Assembly (NCBI GenBank): GCA_003551965.1
Contig: PUOC01000206.1
Coordinates: forward strand, 1 to 53,499
DNA: 53,499 nucleotides
Direction: 5' to 3'
DNA from: Clostridiales bacterium
GTDB taxonomy: Bacteria > Bacillota > Limnochordia > Darwinibacteriales > B1SED10-159
This document shows, one piece after another, positions 17,970 through 26,868 of the stretch. The position numbers were made by a program, and so were the translations under genes. Positions within the stretch are counted from its first letter, which is position 1. Each line of letters opens with the position of its first letter. Below the pieces are notes generated by a model. It was not told the DNA's origin. It was given only the letters and a program-made list of their open reading frames with translations, and made no database searches.

Positions 17970-20136
17970 TGTTCTGCTCCTGGAGAAAAAGTGTTTCCAC
18001 CAAAAAGCTGGCCACGTCAATGCCTTTGGTGCCGCGCCCAAATCCGGCATCCATACCGTTTGCCTTGGCCATTTCGTCAGTCACCTGGGTTCCGCCCGCC
18101 ACCAGCAGAAACTTGTCCCTGACACCTTTTTCCTGGCAGAGGCTGTGGAGCTTGCGCATATTCCACTGGTGTACGTCATTGTGAGAGATGATCGTGCTGA
18201 TCAGAATCGCATCAGCACCAGCTTCCACAGCAGCATCCACCACTTTCTCCACTGGAACCGATGTCCCCAAATAATGGCAGTCTATGCCGAAGCCCTCAAG
18301 ACCCCCGTGTTTGATATCCAATATTTCCCTCAAGCCCACAGAATGCTCATCTTCACCGACTGTTGCCCCCACCACTTTCAGTCCGTGACCGGCCACCTGC
18401 TCTGTAATGGTCCTCTCGCTGAGCGGTTCTTTTTCTTCCGGCAGGTCCAGTTCGCTGCTATCGATGGAGCCGTCCCAAACGCCCCTGACTTCCAGATAGG
18501 TCCCTTCCGCCGGATGCATGCACTCACTGTGAATGACTTCGGCATCGGCCAGGCCCATCTTCTCGGCCATGGCCAGCGCTGCATACTTCGCCGTACGCGA
18601 ATCCGCAGGAAGGAAGAAATTCACCACCACCACACCGTCACCGGCCCACTGGACTTCCGGGCGAAGCCAGTGGCTGCGGTATGGCCGGCTCTTTTTCAGC
18701 CGCTGGTGCGCGTTGTCCTCTGCATCCAGCTCATCGATATATTGGATCTTCTCCGGACGGCAGAGGGTGCATCCGCCGATGGAATCACAGGAATCGGCGG
18801 TATTGTATCCATAGTGATGGCAGACAGGTGCCCAATAGTCCGCATCGCGCTGCACAATCGTGCCCGCCGAAATGCCGCCCTCCATGGTCCGTACGATGCC
18901 GTCGCCGGCTCGTTCTGGATAGAACCCCGAATCCACAAAGAAACCCCGCTCCAACGCAGCCCCATATCCACCGGTTTCCAGGATTTCTTCAAGAAACAAA
19001 ATGGCCCGTTCCTTGATTTCCCGGATCCTGTCTCCCAAATATCCCTGGCGTTTCAGCTCGACCAAATCGCTAAGGCCATCCATTCCTACGAGTGCCTGTT
19101 TGGCTGTGTCTACCGCTTGGACATTGTAATGGTGCCAGGGCACATTGCGGCCCTCGTCCGGTGTGATGGTTGACTGTATATCCGCCGACGTCAGACGGGA
19201 AATCAGGAGGTTGAGGACATGGGTTACCGTCGCCTCCCGGGTGGAAGATTCCATATACCGGGTATTCATCTGGGCACGAAAGCGGAATCCATCGAAGAAC
19301 TCCCGCAAAGCTACGGCATAGGGGAGATCGATGCTGATGCAGGGTGCCGGCGGGGCAGTGGGCGGAACCGTCGAAAGTGCTATCTGCTGGGAATCCATGC
19401 CGATCCCGCAGGAAAAAGCACAATTGATGGCATGCTGTACCAGCAGTTCCGGCATCACCTTCCAGGCCTCTCGAGCGGTGGCATTGGCGTTGTGGGCTCC
19501 GTCAATCTGGAGCATGCAGCTGCCGGCCATAATCGCCTTAGCCGCGGCAGCATCCACAAAGGAGCGAAACACGTTGATATTACGGTAAAGCACATTGTAC
19601 TGCGGATCTTGGTGCGCCCCCGCCACCCCTTCCTCGGAAAAGAGAACGGCAATTTCTGGGCCCGCCACACCGCTGACATAAGAGTGGAAATTGATGGGTC
19701 GCCCTACTTCGTCCTCGATGACGTCCAAGGCTTTACGGGTGGCCCGCAGTTGTTTGCGGGTTATGGGCACACCGCCGACCCCCTCCGGGGTTCCTTCCAG
19801 CAGCCCGTCAAAATGGCTTTGGCCCGCCGTGCGGATAACCATCATGTGATCTGCCCCGTGCCACGCAGCCATGCGCATCCGGCGTATATCATCTTCAAAC
19901 CGGCCCGAAGCGATTTCCGTGGTTATGACTGTATCGGGCTGCGGATCGATGTCTTCGAAGTACCGGCTGGCCGGCAGTCCGATACTCCTGTCCAGATCCG
20001 CACTGATCTCCCTGTACGAAAAGGGACCCCGCTGGCCCGGGGCCGTTTTGCGCCACAGCCAGCCCTGCCGGGGAGGCCTGTAATGCTCGAGATCCGCCAG
20101 CAGCGACTCCAAGTCCAGCTTATGATTGGGCTCCAC
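17959..20136 (-). CDS. oraE: D-ornithine 4,5-aminomutase, large subunit (PLP- and adenosylcobalamin-dependent)
   Basis: EIASGRFEDDIRRMRMAAWHGADH, HSYVSG, HQDPQYN, EDEHSVG (B12 His motif) and DIKHGG (PLP Lys). Confidence 0.96.
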   Translation of the reverse strand: MEPNHKLDLESLLADLEHYRPPRQGWLWRKTAPGQRGPFSYREISADLDRSIGLPASRYFEDIDPQPDTVITTEIASGRFEDDIRRMRMAAWHGADHMMVIRTAGQSHFDGLLEGTPEGVGGVPITRKQLRATRKALDVIEDEVGRPINFHSYVSGVAGPEIAVLFSEEGVAGAHQDPQYNVLYRNINVFRSFVDAAAAKAIMAGSCMLQIDGAHNANATAREAWKVMPELLVQHAINCAFSCGIGMDSQQIALSTVPPTAPPAPCISIDLPYAVALREFFDGFRFRAQMNTRYMESSTREATVTHVLNLLISRLTSADIQSTITPDEGRNVPWHHYNVQAVDTAKQALVGMDGLSDLVELKRQGYLGDRIREIKERAILFLEEILETGGYGAALERGFFVDSGFYPERAGDGIVRTMEGGISAGTIVQRDADYWAPVCHHYGYNTADSCDSIGGCTLCRPEKIQYIDELDAEDNAHQRLKKSRPYRSHWLRPEVQWAGDGVVVVNFFLPADSRTAKYAALAMAEKMGLADAEVIHSECMHPAEGTYLEVRGVWDGSIDSSELDLPEEKEPLSERTITEQVAGHGLKVVGATVGEDEHSVGLREILDIKHGGLEGFGIDCHYLGTSVPVEKVVDAAVEAGADAILISTIISHNDVHQWNMRKLHSLCQEKGVRDKFLLVAGGTQVTDEMAKANGMDAGFGRGTKGIDVASFLVETLFLQEQNSEN

Positions 20137-20488
20137 GGCCAGGACCCCCTTCCATCAATGTCTTCACTTCGTCCCAGTTGTCCAGGACAGCCAGCTGGCG
20201 GCCCGCCTCCAGGAGATCCAGCTGTTTTTCCTGACTGAAACGGTACACCACATGGCCAGCCCCCTTGCCCAACAGACCATGGGCATGAACCCCTTTGACA
20301 ATACTTCCCGCCTCCAGGCTGTTGAAACCCATCCGGAGCAGTACAGAACGCTCAATGGAGGGCGTCGTATGGTTGTAGGACATGGTGAGAAGCGGCTCAA
20401 CGACCTCCTCAGCCAACTGCCAAAATCGCTTTTTAAGTTGTTCTTCGCTCAGATCCTTGAGATGCTGGCGGCGCTGTCCATAGTCCAT
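20120..20488 (-). CDS. oraS: D-ornithine 4,5-aminomutase, small subunit
   Basis: RRQHLKDLSEEQL..RFW.L, HTTPSIERSVLLRMGF and LLGKGAG motifs. TGATG coupling with ortB. Confidence 0.95.
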   Translation of the reverse strand: MDYGQRRQHLKDLSEEQLKKRFWQLAEEVVEPLLTMSYNHTTPSIERSVLLRMGFNSLEAGSIVKGVHAHGLLGKGAGHVVYRFSQEKQLDLLEAGRQLAVLDNWDEVKTLMEGGPGRGAQS

Positions 20489-21891
20489 CAGCCATCCTCC
20501 TCCCCAATAGAGTGCAGCTGTTCCTCTACCCACTGCCGCTTGGTGTTGAGGTCCTCCGCAACGAAATCCAGGTCAGCAGTGGAAAAGGTCCCCTGCTGTG
20601 CTGCCGCGCGCCGCAGGTAAGAACGGCGCAATTGGTCCAAATCGACCGGCGTCACACCCAGCTGCTGCCAGTTCTCCGGAATGGCTATCCTCTCCCCGGG
20701 CTTGTCCAGATTTCGCGGCCCAAGGGTAATCTCAATACCCAGCGAACGGGCTAGGGCCAGCTGCGCCGTGGGATGTTTGCCCGCTCCGGTATACTCGGTC
20801 TCCTGCACAACAACCACTTCGTCTTGGTCCAAATCAGCAGCCAGAACGCAGGCTGCGGCCAATGACGTGTTGCCGGCCGGGCCCCGTTCGAGGCCTTCCA
20901 GCTGTGCCAGTGCCTCGGTAATGTAAAACACTTCCCCTTGCGTCACCGTGCAATAGCTGTCCAAATACCGGAGGCTGCGCGCGGCATTAAAGGGAACGTC
21001 GCTTCGGTCCGGCCAAGAAGCAAAGGGTATGCCAAAGCCCGTATGACCGGTGGTAAAGGATTTTCGGTTAAAGTCGCTGTCACTGGCCATATGCAGTCCG
21101 GACAGATCAACACTCACACCGACAATTTCCGTATTTCCCGCCCCGGCTCTGCGGAGCCCTCGGGCCGTCCCTGTCACATTTCCTCCTCCCGCATGGGTAA
21201 CCATGACCATGCGGGGATATTTTCCGGTTTGTGCCTTTGTCTGTTCCGCGAGCTCGTATCCTAGTGTCTCAACCCCCTGCACCGCAAAGGGTGTATAAAG
21301 CGATCCATTGAAATAACCGGTCTCTTCCAATGTTGCCAGAGCGACCGCGAACAACTCCGGACCCACACTCAGCTGCATTACTTCTGCGCCAAAGGCTGCG
21401 CAGCGCCGCCCTTTTTCCAGAATTTCCGGCTGTCCCAACCCGCGGCTATCAAAGGCTTCCTGTACCACGATCACAGGGAGGCTGCACTTCGCCGCCTGAC
21501 ATGCTACCGCCGCGCCGTAGTTGCCGCTGGTGGCCGCCAATACCCCGGGATATCCCCGGTGCTTGGCATAGTGTCCCGGCAGACTGGCCCGACGGTCTTT
21601 GAAGCTGCCCGACGGATTGGCTGCTTCATCTTTGATGAAGAGGCGCGCTCCTTTGCCGGGCTCTGCATAGCGACGCACCAAGGCCGTGAGATTGGTCAAT
21701 TCCACCAAAGGAGTGCCGCCCACCCCCATACCACGCTGGATCTGAAACACCTGATCGAGATTGTAACCGGTACAGCCCATTAGAGCCTCGTAGTCGACTC
21801 CACAGCCCCGGTGTGCATACCCGGCATAGTCAATCCCCGTACTGTCCTGCAGAATGACCTCTTTCCTGCCTAACACTTCGGCGACATTCAA
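20488..21891 (-). CDS. ortB: 2-amino-4-ketopentanoate thiolase, beta subunit (PLP, fold type II)
   Basis: KDEAANPSGSFKDRRA, ATSGNYGAAVA, HAGGGN and ETEYTGAGKH motifs. TTG start overlapping the ortA stop. Confidence 0.93.
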   Translation of the reverse strand: MNVAEVLGRKEVILQDSTGIDYAGYAHRGCGVDYEALMGCTGYNLDQVFQIQRGMGVGGTPLVELTNLTALVRRYAEPGKGARLFIKDEAANPSGSFKDRRASLPGHYAKHRGYPGVLAATSGNYGAAVACQAAKCSLPVIVVQEAFDSRGLGQPEILEKGRRCAAFGAEVMQLSVGPELFAVALATLEETGYFNGSLYTPFAVQGVETLGYELAEQTKAQTGKYPRMVMVTHAGGGNVTGTARGLRRAGAGNTEIVGVSVDLSGLHMASDSDFNRKSFTTGHTGFGIPFASWPDRSDVPFNAARSLRYLDSYCTVTQGEVFYITEALAQLEGLERGPAGNTSLAAACVLAADLDQDEVVVVQETEYTGAGKHPTAQLALARSLGIEITLGPRNLDKPGERIAIPENWQQLGVTPVDLDQLRRSYLRRAAAQQGTFSTADLDFVAEDLNTKRQWVEEQLHSIGEEDG

Positions 21892-22199
21892 TGTTCGCCA
21901 TCCCCCTTCAGCGCACGGCGCAATGTCGGCCCCACGGCCTGGAGTTCCGGCAGAAATGCACCGAAGCCGTGGCTGGGCTGCACACGCCTGTGGAGCAACG
22001 TCCCTTCCCAAATTCTTCCTGCGGGTGTTTGAATGCGGGCTTTGTCGCCGGGTGCAGCCGATGCATCCAGAAGAAATCCGGCTGCACGCATGGTGAGGGG
22101 AACGGCTTTGGTATCGTCGGGAATGTGATCTGCGCGCTGCTGCGGGGTAAGCAGTACGCGTTCGATCTCAACCCACTGCCACTGGGTTTGTTTACTCAT
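21888..22199 (-). CDS. ortA: 2-amino-4-ketopentanoate thiolase, alpha subunit
   Basis: WVEI...LL.P.QRA..IPDDTK.VPL.M...GFL, T..GR...G.L and HGFG motifs. Lies between ord and ortB. Confidence 0.92.
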   Translation of the reverse strand: MSKQTQWQWVEIERVLLTPQQRADHIPDDTKAVPLTMRAAGFLLDASAAPGDKARIQTPAGRIWEGTLLHRRVQPSHGFGAFLPELQAVGPTLRRALKGDGEH

Positions 22200-22208
22200 A
22201 CAGTCACC

Positions 22209-23207
22209 TCATTGCCTGCAGGATGGTATAACAAGATCGGCCATGGTACGAAGGCCAGGAGCGGCGTGAACGAGCTTTTCCATGGCATTGACGGTTACGG
22301 CTACGGTGCCGGTACCCCCGGGAATTTCCGGTTGAATATCCATGCTCAGCGAAGGTTCACCGGTAATGGTGATATGATCCCCTGTCGATACGCCTTCTAC
22401 ATCAGGACATACCTGCTGGGGGTGATCCAATTGGATCACGCACCTCCCCCCGCTGTAGCCCCAGGCACGGTGGCGACAACCCGCGGTCTGTCCCGGCTCT
22501 ACCGTGATAAAGGGTGTCTCCCGTTTGGTGTTGGATATGATCGGCTCCCGCTCCTGTTCAATCCGGTCGATAGTCCAGCCCAGCATGGATGCAGCAAGAT
22601 GGATGGACTCGGGGAAGCCAATATGGCCCACAATGGTACCGTCTTCCAAGCCATCGGCAAATTCCTGCGGTGTCACGGCCACACCCTGGCTTTTCAGGAC
22701 GGTGGGACCGAACGGCGACAGGTCGTTCACGCGGCTGGCATACACCGATTCTACCCGGGAACAACACGCTGACAAAAATCCAATCAATGCATCCAGCACA
22801 AAACCGGGATTAATACCCGTACCCAGGACCGACACTCCCTTGGCCTGCGCGGCCCCGTCAATGTTCTCTGCCAACTTTTGGTGACTGGCCCATGGATAGG
22901 CCATTTCTTCGGCGATTGTAAGCACGTGCTGGCCTGCATAGAGGCCTTCCATGATCTGCGGATACACTTCGGGCACGAACGAACCGGTGGCAATGATGAG
23001 CACATTTCCCGGCGGCGGATAGTTTTCGTCGGGCTGCGAAACAAAGACACCGTTTCCGAGACCGTCGCCGAGCAGTTGACCTACACTTGTCCCCACTTTT
23101 TCCTGATCGCGGTCCCACACAGCGGCGATGGGGATGCCGCGTCTGCGCAGCAGTTTGGCTATGCCGCTCCCCATCGATCCCAATCCCCACAACGTTACCT
23201 GCTTCAT
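22209..23207 (-). CDS. ord: 2,4-diaminopentanoate dehydrogenase
   Basis: WGLGSMGSG, ATGSF, IAEEMAYP, GTGINPGFVLD, RVNDLSPFG, GHIGFPES and PGGTGT motifs. ATG at 23207. Confidence 0.93.
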   Translation of the reverse strand: MKQVTLWGLGSMGSGIAKLLRRRGIPIAAVWDRDQEKVGTSVGQLLGDGLGNGVFVSQPDENYPPPGNVLIIATGSFVPEVYPQIMEGLYAGQHVLTIAEEMAYPWASHQKLAENIDGAAQAKGVSVLGTGINPGFVLDALIGFLSACCSRVESVYASRVNDLSPFGPTVLKSQGVAVTPQEFADGLEDGTIVGHIGFPESIHLAASMLGWTIDRIEQEREPIISNTKRETPFITVEPGQTAGCRHRAWGYSGGRCVIQLDHPQQVCPDVEGVSTGDHITITGEPSLSMDIQPEIPGGTGTVAVTVNAMEKLVHAAPGLRTMADLVIPSCRQ

Positions 23208-23468
23208 GGGCTGCCCTCCATTCCTACTTCCCATTCCTGCACAACAGCGGATATCGATTCATCTGCGGCGCATAAATTTACACTTATTTTACCCAGCAGT
23301 AACATTCTTCTGGATTGCCCAGTGCAAATCCTTCCGCGTTGGGCTGTTTCTATCCCGTTGACAGCCCGCGTCACGGCGTACGCCGCAATACTTTCATCCC
23401 CTTCCGAAAAGCCTGCACCAGGCGGGAGTGAAATGTCGCCAAAACGCAAAAAAACCGGCCGCATACAA

Positions 23469-23497
23469 TTGCATTCGTGACGGAAGTGTGCTATAGT
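23469..23497 (+). promoter_or_regulatory. Sigma70/sigmaA-type promoter of the T-box/alaA unit
   Basis: TTGCAT-17 nt-TATAGT with an extended TG. Confidence 0.65.
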
Positions 23498-23521
23498 ATG
23501 GGAAATAACTGCATCATACAC

Positions 23522-23788
23522 GAAAGGCCATGACGGAGAGGAGTAGGTATAGTCATCCTCTTAGCGAGCTAGAAGACGGTGAAAGTCTAGCAGGAAGCTA
23601 TGCTGAACGCAGCTCCCGAGCTTCGTCTCCAACGGCTCAGCCCCCGGGCTGCTTAGTAGAGAACGACGTTTCCTTACGTTACAAAGGCACAGTATGTCTG
23701 TACTGGTTGAGGTGAGCTTTTTTAAGCTAACAAGGGTGGTACCGCGGAGTAAACTCCTCCGTCCCTTTTTGGGACAGAGGAGTTTTTT
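23522..23788 (+). ncRNA. T-box riboswitch, probable alanine specificity (specifier GCA)
   Basis: Stem I with GA motif, AGTA/GAA S-turn, AGCGA box and GGTGAAAG loop. T-box AAGGGTGGTACCGCGG at 23732-23747. Terminator AAACTCCTCCGTCCC/GGGACAGAGGAGTTT plus T tract. Specifier loop GAACGCAG closed by GGAG/CTCC. Confidence 0.93.
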
Positions 23789-23837
23789 GCTGCCTTTTAA
23801 TACTGACTTCGAAAATCTTGAGAAAGAAGGTTTTACC

Positions 23838-25085
23838 ATGTTCAAGAAGTCTTCTAAGCTCAATCACGTGAGTTACGCGATTCGCGGACCTATTTTGGAA
23901 GAGGTGCAGAAGCTGGAGCAAACAGGCCAGTCTATCACGAAATTGCACATCGGAAATCCAGCCCCTTTCGGATTTCAGGCACCGCCGGCTGTCCTGCACA
24001 AACTGCAGCAGACCTTGGAATACGCCCAAGGATACAGCGATTTTCGAGGCTGTGCCGAGGCGTGCAGTGCCATTGCCAGTTACTACCGGCGTTTGGGCAT
24101 CCATGGCGTGAGTGAAAACCATGTCTATACCGGCAATGGAGTCAGCGAATTAATTCTCATGTCCATGCAGGCCCTTTTGAATGCCGGCGACGAAGTCCTG
24201 GTTCCGGCGCCGGATTACCCCCTTTGGACTGCGGCCGTCACCCTTGGCGGAGGCACGCCGGTGCACTACTGCTGTGATGAAACCGCCGATTGGGCGCCGG
24301 ACCTGGCAGACATGGAAGCAAAGATCAGTTCCCGGACCAAGGCCATCGTCATTATCAACCCCAATAACCCCACCGGTGCCGTGTATTCCCGTGCGGTCCT
24401 GCAGGGAATTGTGGACTTGGCTGCAAAACACCAGCTGGCAGTCTTCAGTGACGAAATCTACGAAACCATTGTCTTTGACGATGCAGAGCATATTCCAACG
24501 GCTTCTCTGTGCGATGACGTGTTCTGTGTAACATTGTCCGGTCTGTCCAAGTCGCACTTCTTGGCCGGCTATCGGGCGGGATGGATGGTTGTCAGCGGAG
24601 CTCTTGAAACCGGCCTGGACTACATGCAGGGACTCAATATGCTGGCCTCCATGCGTCTGTGCAGCAATGTGCCGGCCCAGCACACCATCGGGGCGGTAAT
24701 GGAGCATCGCAACCAATACCGTGACGAATTTCCCCGGGAGCAGCTGACGCGCCAGCGGGACTTGGTCTGGCAAAAACTCAATGCCATACCGGGAATTTCC
24801 TGTTCAAAGCCCCAGGGCGCTTTCTATGCTTTCCCGAAAATGGACTGCAAGCGCCTCGGGATACACAGTGACGAACAATTCGTCCTCGATCTCCTGCGGG
24901 AAAAGCGTATCCTGATCGTACAGGGAACGGGTTTTAACTGGCCCGAGCCGGATCACTTCCGAATCGTTTTTCTCCTCAATGAGCAAGACCTAGGCGCTTC
25001 CCTCGACGAGCTCGGCGATTTCCTGCAGAGCTACTGTCAACAATCCAGCATAGCCTCGCCCAAAACCGCGGCCCTGTCCCGGTGA
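23838..25085 (+). CDS. alaA: Glutamate-pyruvate (alanine) aminotransferase, class I/II, AlaA type
   Basis: SSKL..VSY.IRGP, LHIGNPAPFGF, GNGVSELI, PDYPLWTAAV, INPNNPTG, SDEIY, GLSKSH..AGYRAGW and SMRLCSNVP motifs. ATG at 23838, after the T-box terminator. Confidence 0.88.
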   Translation: MFKKSSKLNHVSYAIRGPILEEVQKLEQTGQSITKLHIGNPAPFGFQAPPAVLHKLQQTLEYAQGYSDFRGCAEACSAIASYYRRLGIHGVSENHVYTGNGVSELILMSMQALLNAGDEVLVPAPDYPLWTAAVTLGGGTPVHYCCDETADWAPDLADMEAKISSRTKAIVIINPNNPTGAVYSRAVLQGIVDLAAKHQLAVFSDEIYETIVFDDAEHIPTASLCDDVFCVTLSGLSKSHFLAGYRAGWMVVSGALETGLDYMQGLNMLASMRLCSNVPAQHTIGAVMEHRNQYRDEFPREQLTRQRDLVWQKLNAIPGISCSKPQGAFYAFPKMDCKRLGIHSDEQFVLDLLREKRILIVQGTGFNWPEPDHFRIVFLLNEQDLGASLDELGDFLQSYCQQSSIASPKTAALSR

Positions 25086-25166
25086 GCGGCAACTATCAAG
25101 GGGCTGCGCTGGCTCCGGTGGGCTCGAGCGTGTACGACTAAGCCAGCAGCAATCCTACGCAGCCGG

Positions 25167-25198
25167 AGAGCGGCCGGCATTCCACCGGCCGCTCTTGT
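25167..25198 (+). terminator. Putative intrinsic terminator after alaA
   Basis: 11-bp stem AGAGCGGCCGG/CCGGCCGCTCT with a weak T tail. Confidence 0.5.
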
Positions 25199-25309
25199 AT
25201 TGCCAACGTGTGCTGTCGCCAGTAACCCTGGCGTTCGTGCAGGAAGCAGCCGTGCGCCGACGAATATGCACTGCATATGCAAGACAAGACAGAAAGGGCG
25301 TGAGTTGTA

Positions 25310-26746
25310 TTGACCCATCATGACAAAGAACGGCCCAACATCGTCTTTGTCCTCACCGATGATCAGGGATATTGGGCCTTGGGAGCGGCAGGCAATGCCG
25401 AAATTGAAACCCCGACACTGGATCGGCTCGCAGAGGAAGGCATGCATTTTACCAACTTCTTCTGCGCTTCGCCGGTCTGCTCGCCGGCCCGTGCTTCGAT
25501 CCTGACCGGACGGATACCGTCCCAACACGGTGTCCACGACTGGATCCGGGCTGGAAACACAGGTACGGACGCAGTGCAATACTTAGAAGGGCAGACGTCG
25601 TATACACAGATTTTGGCTGAAAACGGTTATATTTGCGGTCTGGTGGGAAAATGGCACTTGGGTGACAGCATAGTCCCCCAGCATGGGTTTTCCCACTGGT
25701 TTGCCCACAAGCAGGGCGGCGGGCCGTACTACGGCGCAGAACTGAGCCGCAATGGAGGCCCCTTTAAGTCTTACCCAGAATATCTTACCGATGTTATCAC
25801 CGACGAAGCCATAGATTTTCTGCAGCAACAGGAGGACGGCACTCCGTTCTATCTTGGAATTCATTACACAGCCCCGCACAGTCCGTGGGACAAGGAACAG
25901 CACCCCGAAGAACTGCGCAATCTATACAAAGACTGCCCCTTCCTTTCCTGCCCCAACGAACCCATGCATCCTTGGCAGATCAACAGCGCACCTTGGGGGA
26001 CGAGCGATCGCCGCCACGAATTTCTCAGCGGTTACTATGCGGCTGTCACTTCCGTTGATCGCAATCTGCAGCGCGTCCTCAACAGCCTCAAGGAACAGGG
26101 CCTAGACGAAAATACCATGATCGTTTTTACGAGCGACAACGGCATGAACATGGGACACCACGGTATCTACGGCAAGGGCAACGGCACATTTCCCCAAAAT
26201 ATGTACGATACATCGGTCAAGGTGCCCATGATTATCTGGCAGCCGGGCGAAATTGCAGGCGGCCAACGCCCTGACAGCCTGTTGAGCCAATACGACATCT
26301 TTCCCACACTCCTGGAATACCTCGGACTCAGCCATCCCTGCCCCAACCTTCTACCCGGGCGCAGTTTTGCTCCTCTGCTGCAGGGCAGGCCATGGGATCC
26401 ATCCGACGCCGTGATCGTATTCGACGAATACGGCCCGGTGCGGATGGTACGCACTAAACAGTGGAAGTATGTGCACCGCTACCCCTATGGGCCTCATGAA
26501 CTCTACGACCTGGTCAGCGACCCCGACGAAACCAGCAACCGCATCGATGACCGTGAACTGCAATCGACCAGGGAAGGGCTGAAGGCCACATTGGACTCCT
26601 GGTTCTTGCAGTATGCCGATCCCAGCATCGATGGAACCCGCGAAGCAGTAACCGGCCGCGGACAGCTGGGGTTGGCCGGAAAGCACAGCGACGGCAGACA
26701 AACTTATGCCCAGGACTTCGAGCTCTTGAAAGGCAAAGACCAATGA
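25310..26746 (+). CDS. Formylglycine-dependent (Cys-type) sulfatase, cytoplasmic
   Basis: PNIVFVLTDDQG, CSPARASILTG, GKWHLG, TAPHSP, TSDNG and VPMII motifs. No signal peptide. Confidence 0.92.
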   Translation: MTHHDKERPNIVFVLTDDQGYWALGAAGNAEIETPTLDRLAEEGMHFTNFFCASPVCSPARASILTGRIPSQHGVHDWIRAGNTGTDAVQYLEGQTSYTQILAENGYICGLVGKWHLGDSIVPQHGFSHWFAHKQGGGPYYGAELSRNGGPFKSYPEYLTDVITDEAIDFLQQQEDGTPFYLGIHYTAPHSPWDKEQHPEELRNLYKDCPFLSCPNEPMHPWQINSAPWGTSDRRHEFLSGYYAAVTSVDRNLQRVLNSLKEQGLDENTMIVFTSDNGMNMGHHGIYGKGNGTFPQNMYDTSVKVPMIIWQPGEIAGGQRPDSLLSQYDIFPTLLEYLGLSHPCPNLLPGRSFAPLLQGRPWDPSDAVIVFDEYGPVRMVRTKQWKYVHRYPYGPHELYDLVSDPDETSNRIDDRELQSTREGLKATLDSWFLQYADPSIDGTREAVTGRGQLGLAGKHSDGRQTYAQDFELLKGKDQ

Positions 26747-26749
26747 AAC

Positions 26750-26786
26750 TAAGCCCCTGTGGTGGCCAGGCCACCGCAGGGGCTTA
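26750..26786. terminator. Long hairpin between the convergent sulfatase and ABC permease genes
   Basis: TAAGCCCCTGTGGTGGC / GCCACCGCAGGGGCTTA, 17 bp including one G-U pair. Confidence 0.6.
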
Positions 26787-26868
26787 ATAATGCGTTCAAC
26801 CAAGCCACACCAGGATCGTTTCAGCCTGCTGAGGCCTTTGGCCAAGAGCTTCTATGGGAAAGGGTCCA

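Noticed and set aside
17923-19173. 416-aa plus-strand ORF
   Set aside because: Antisense shadow of oraE in GC-rich DNA, with no motifs or RBS.
23694-23837. N-terminal extension of alaA given in the ORF track
   Set aside because: It runs through the T-box antiterminator and terminator; the homology-like sequence starts at ATG 23838.
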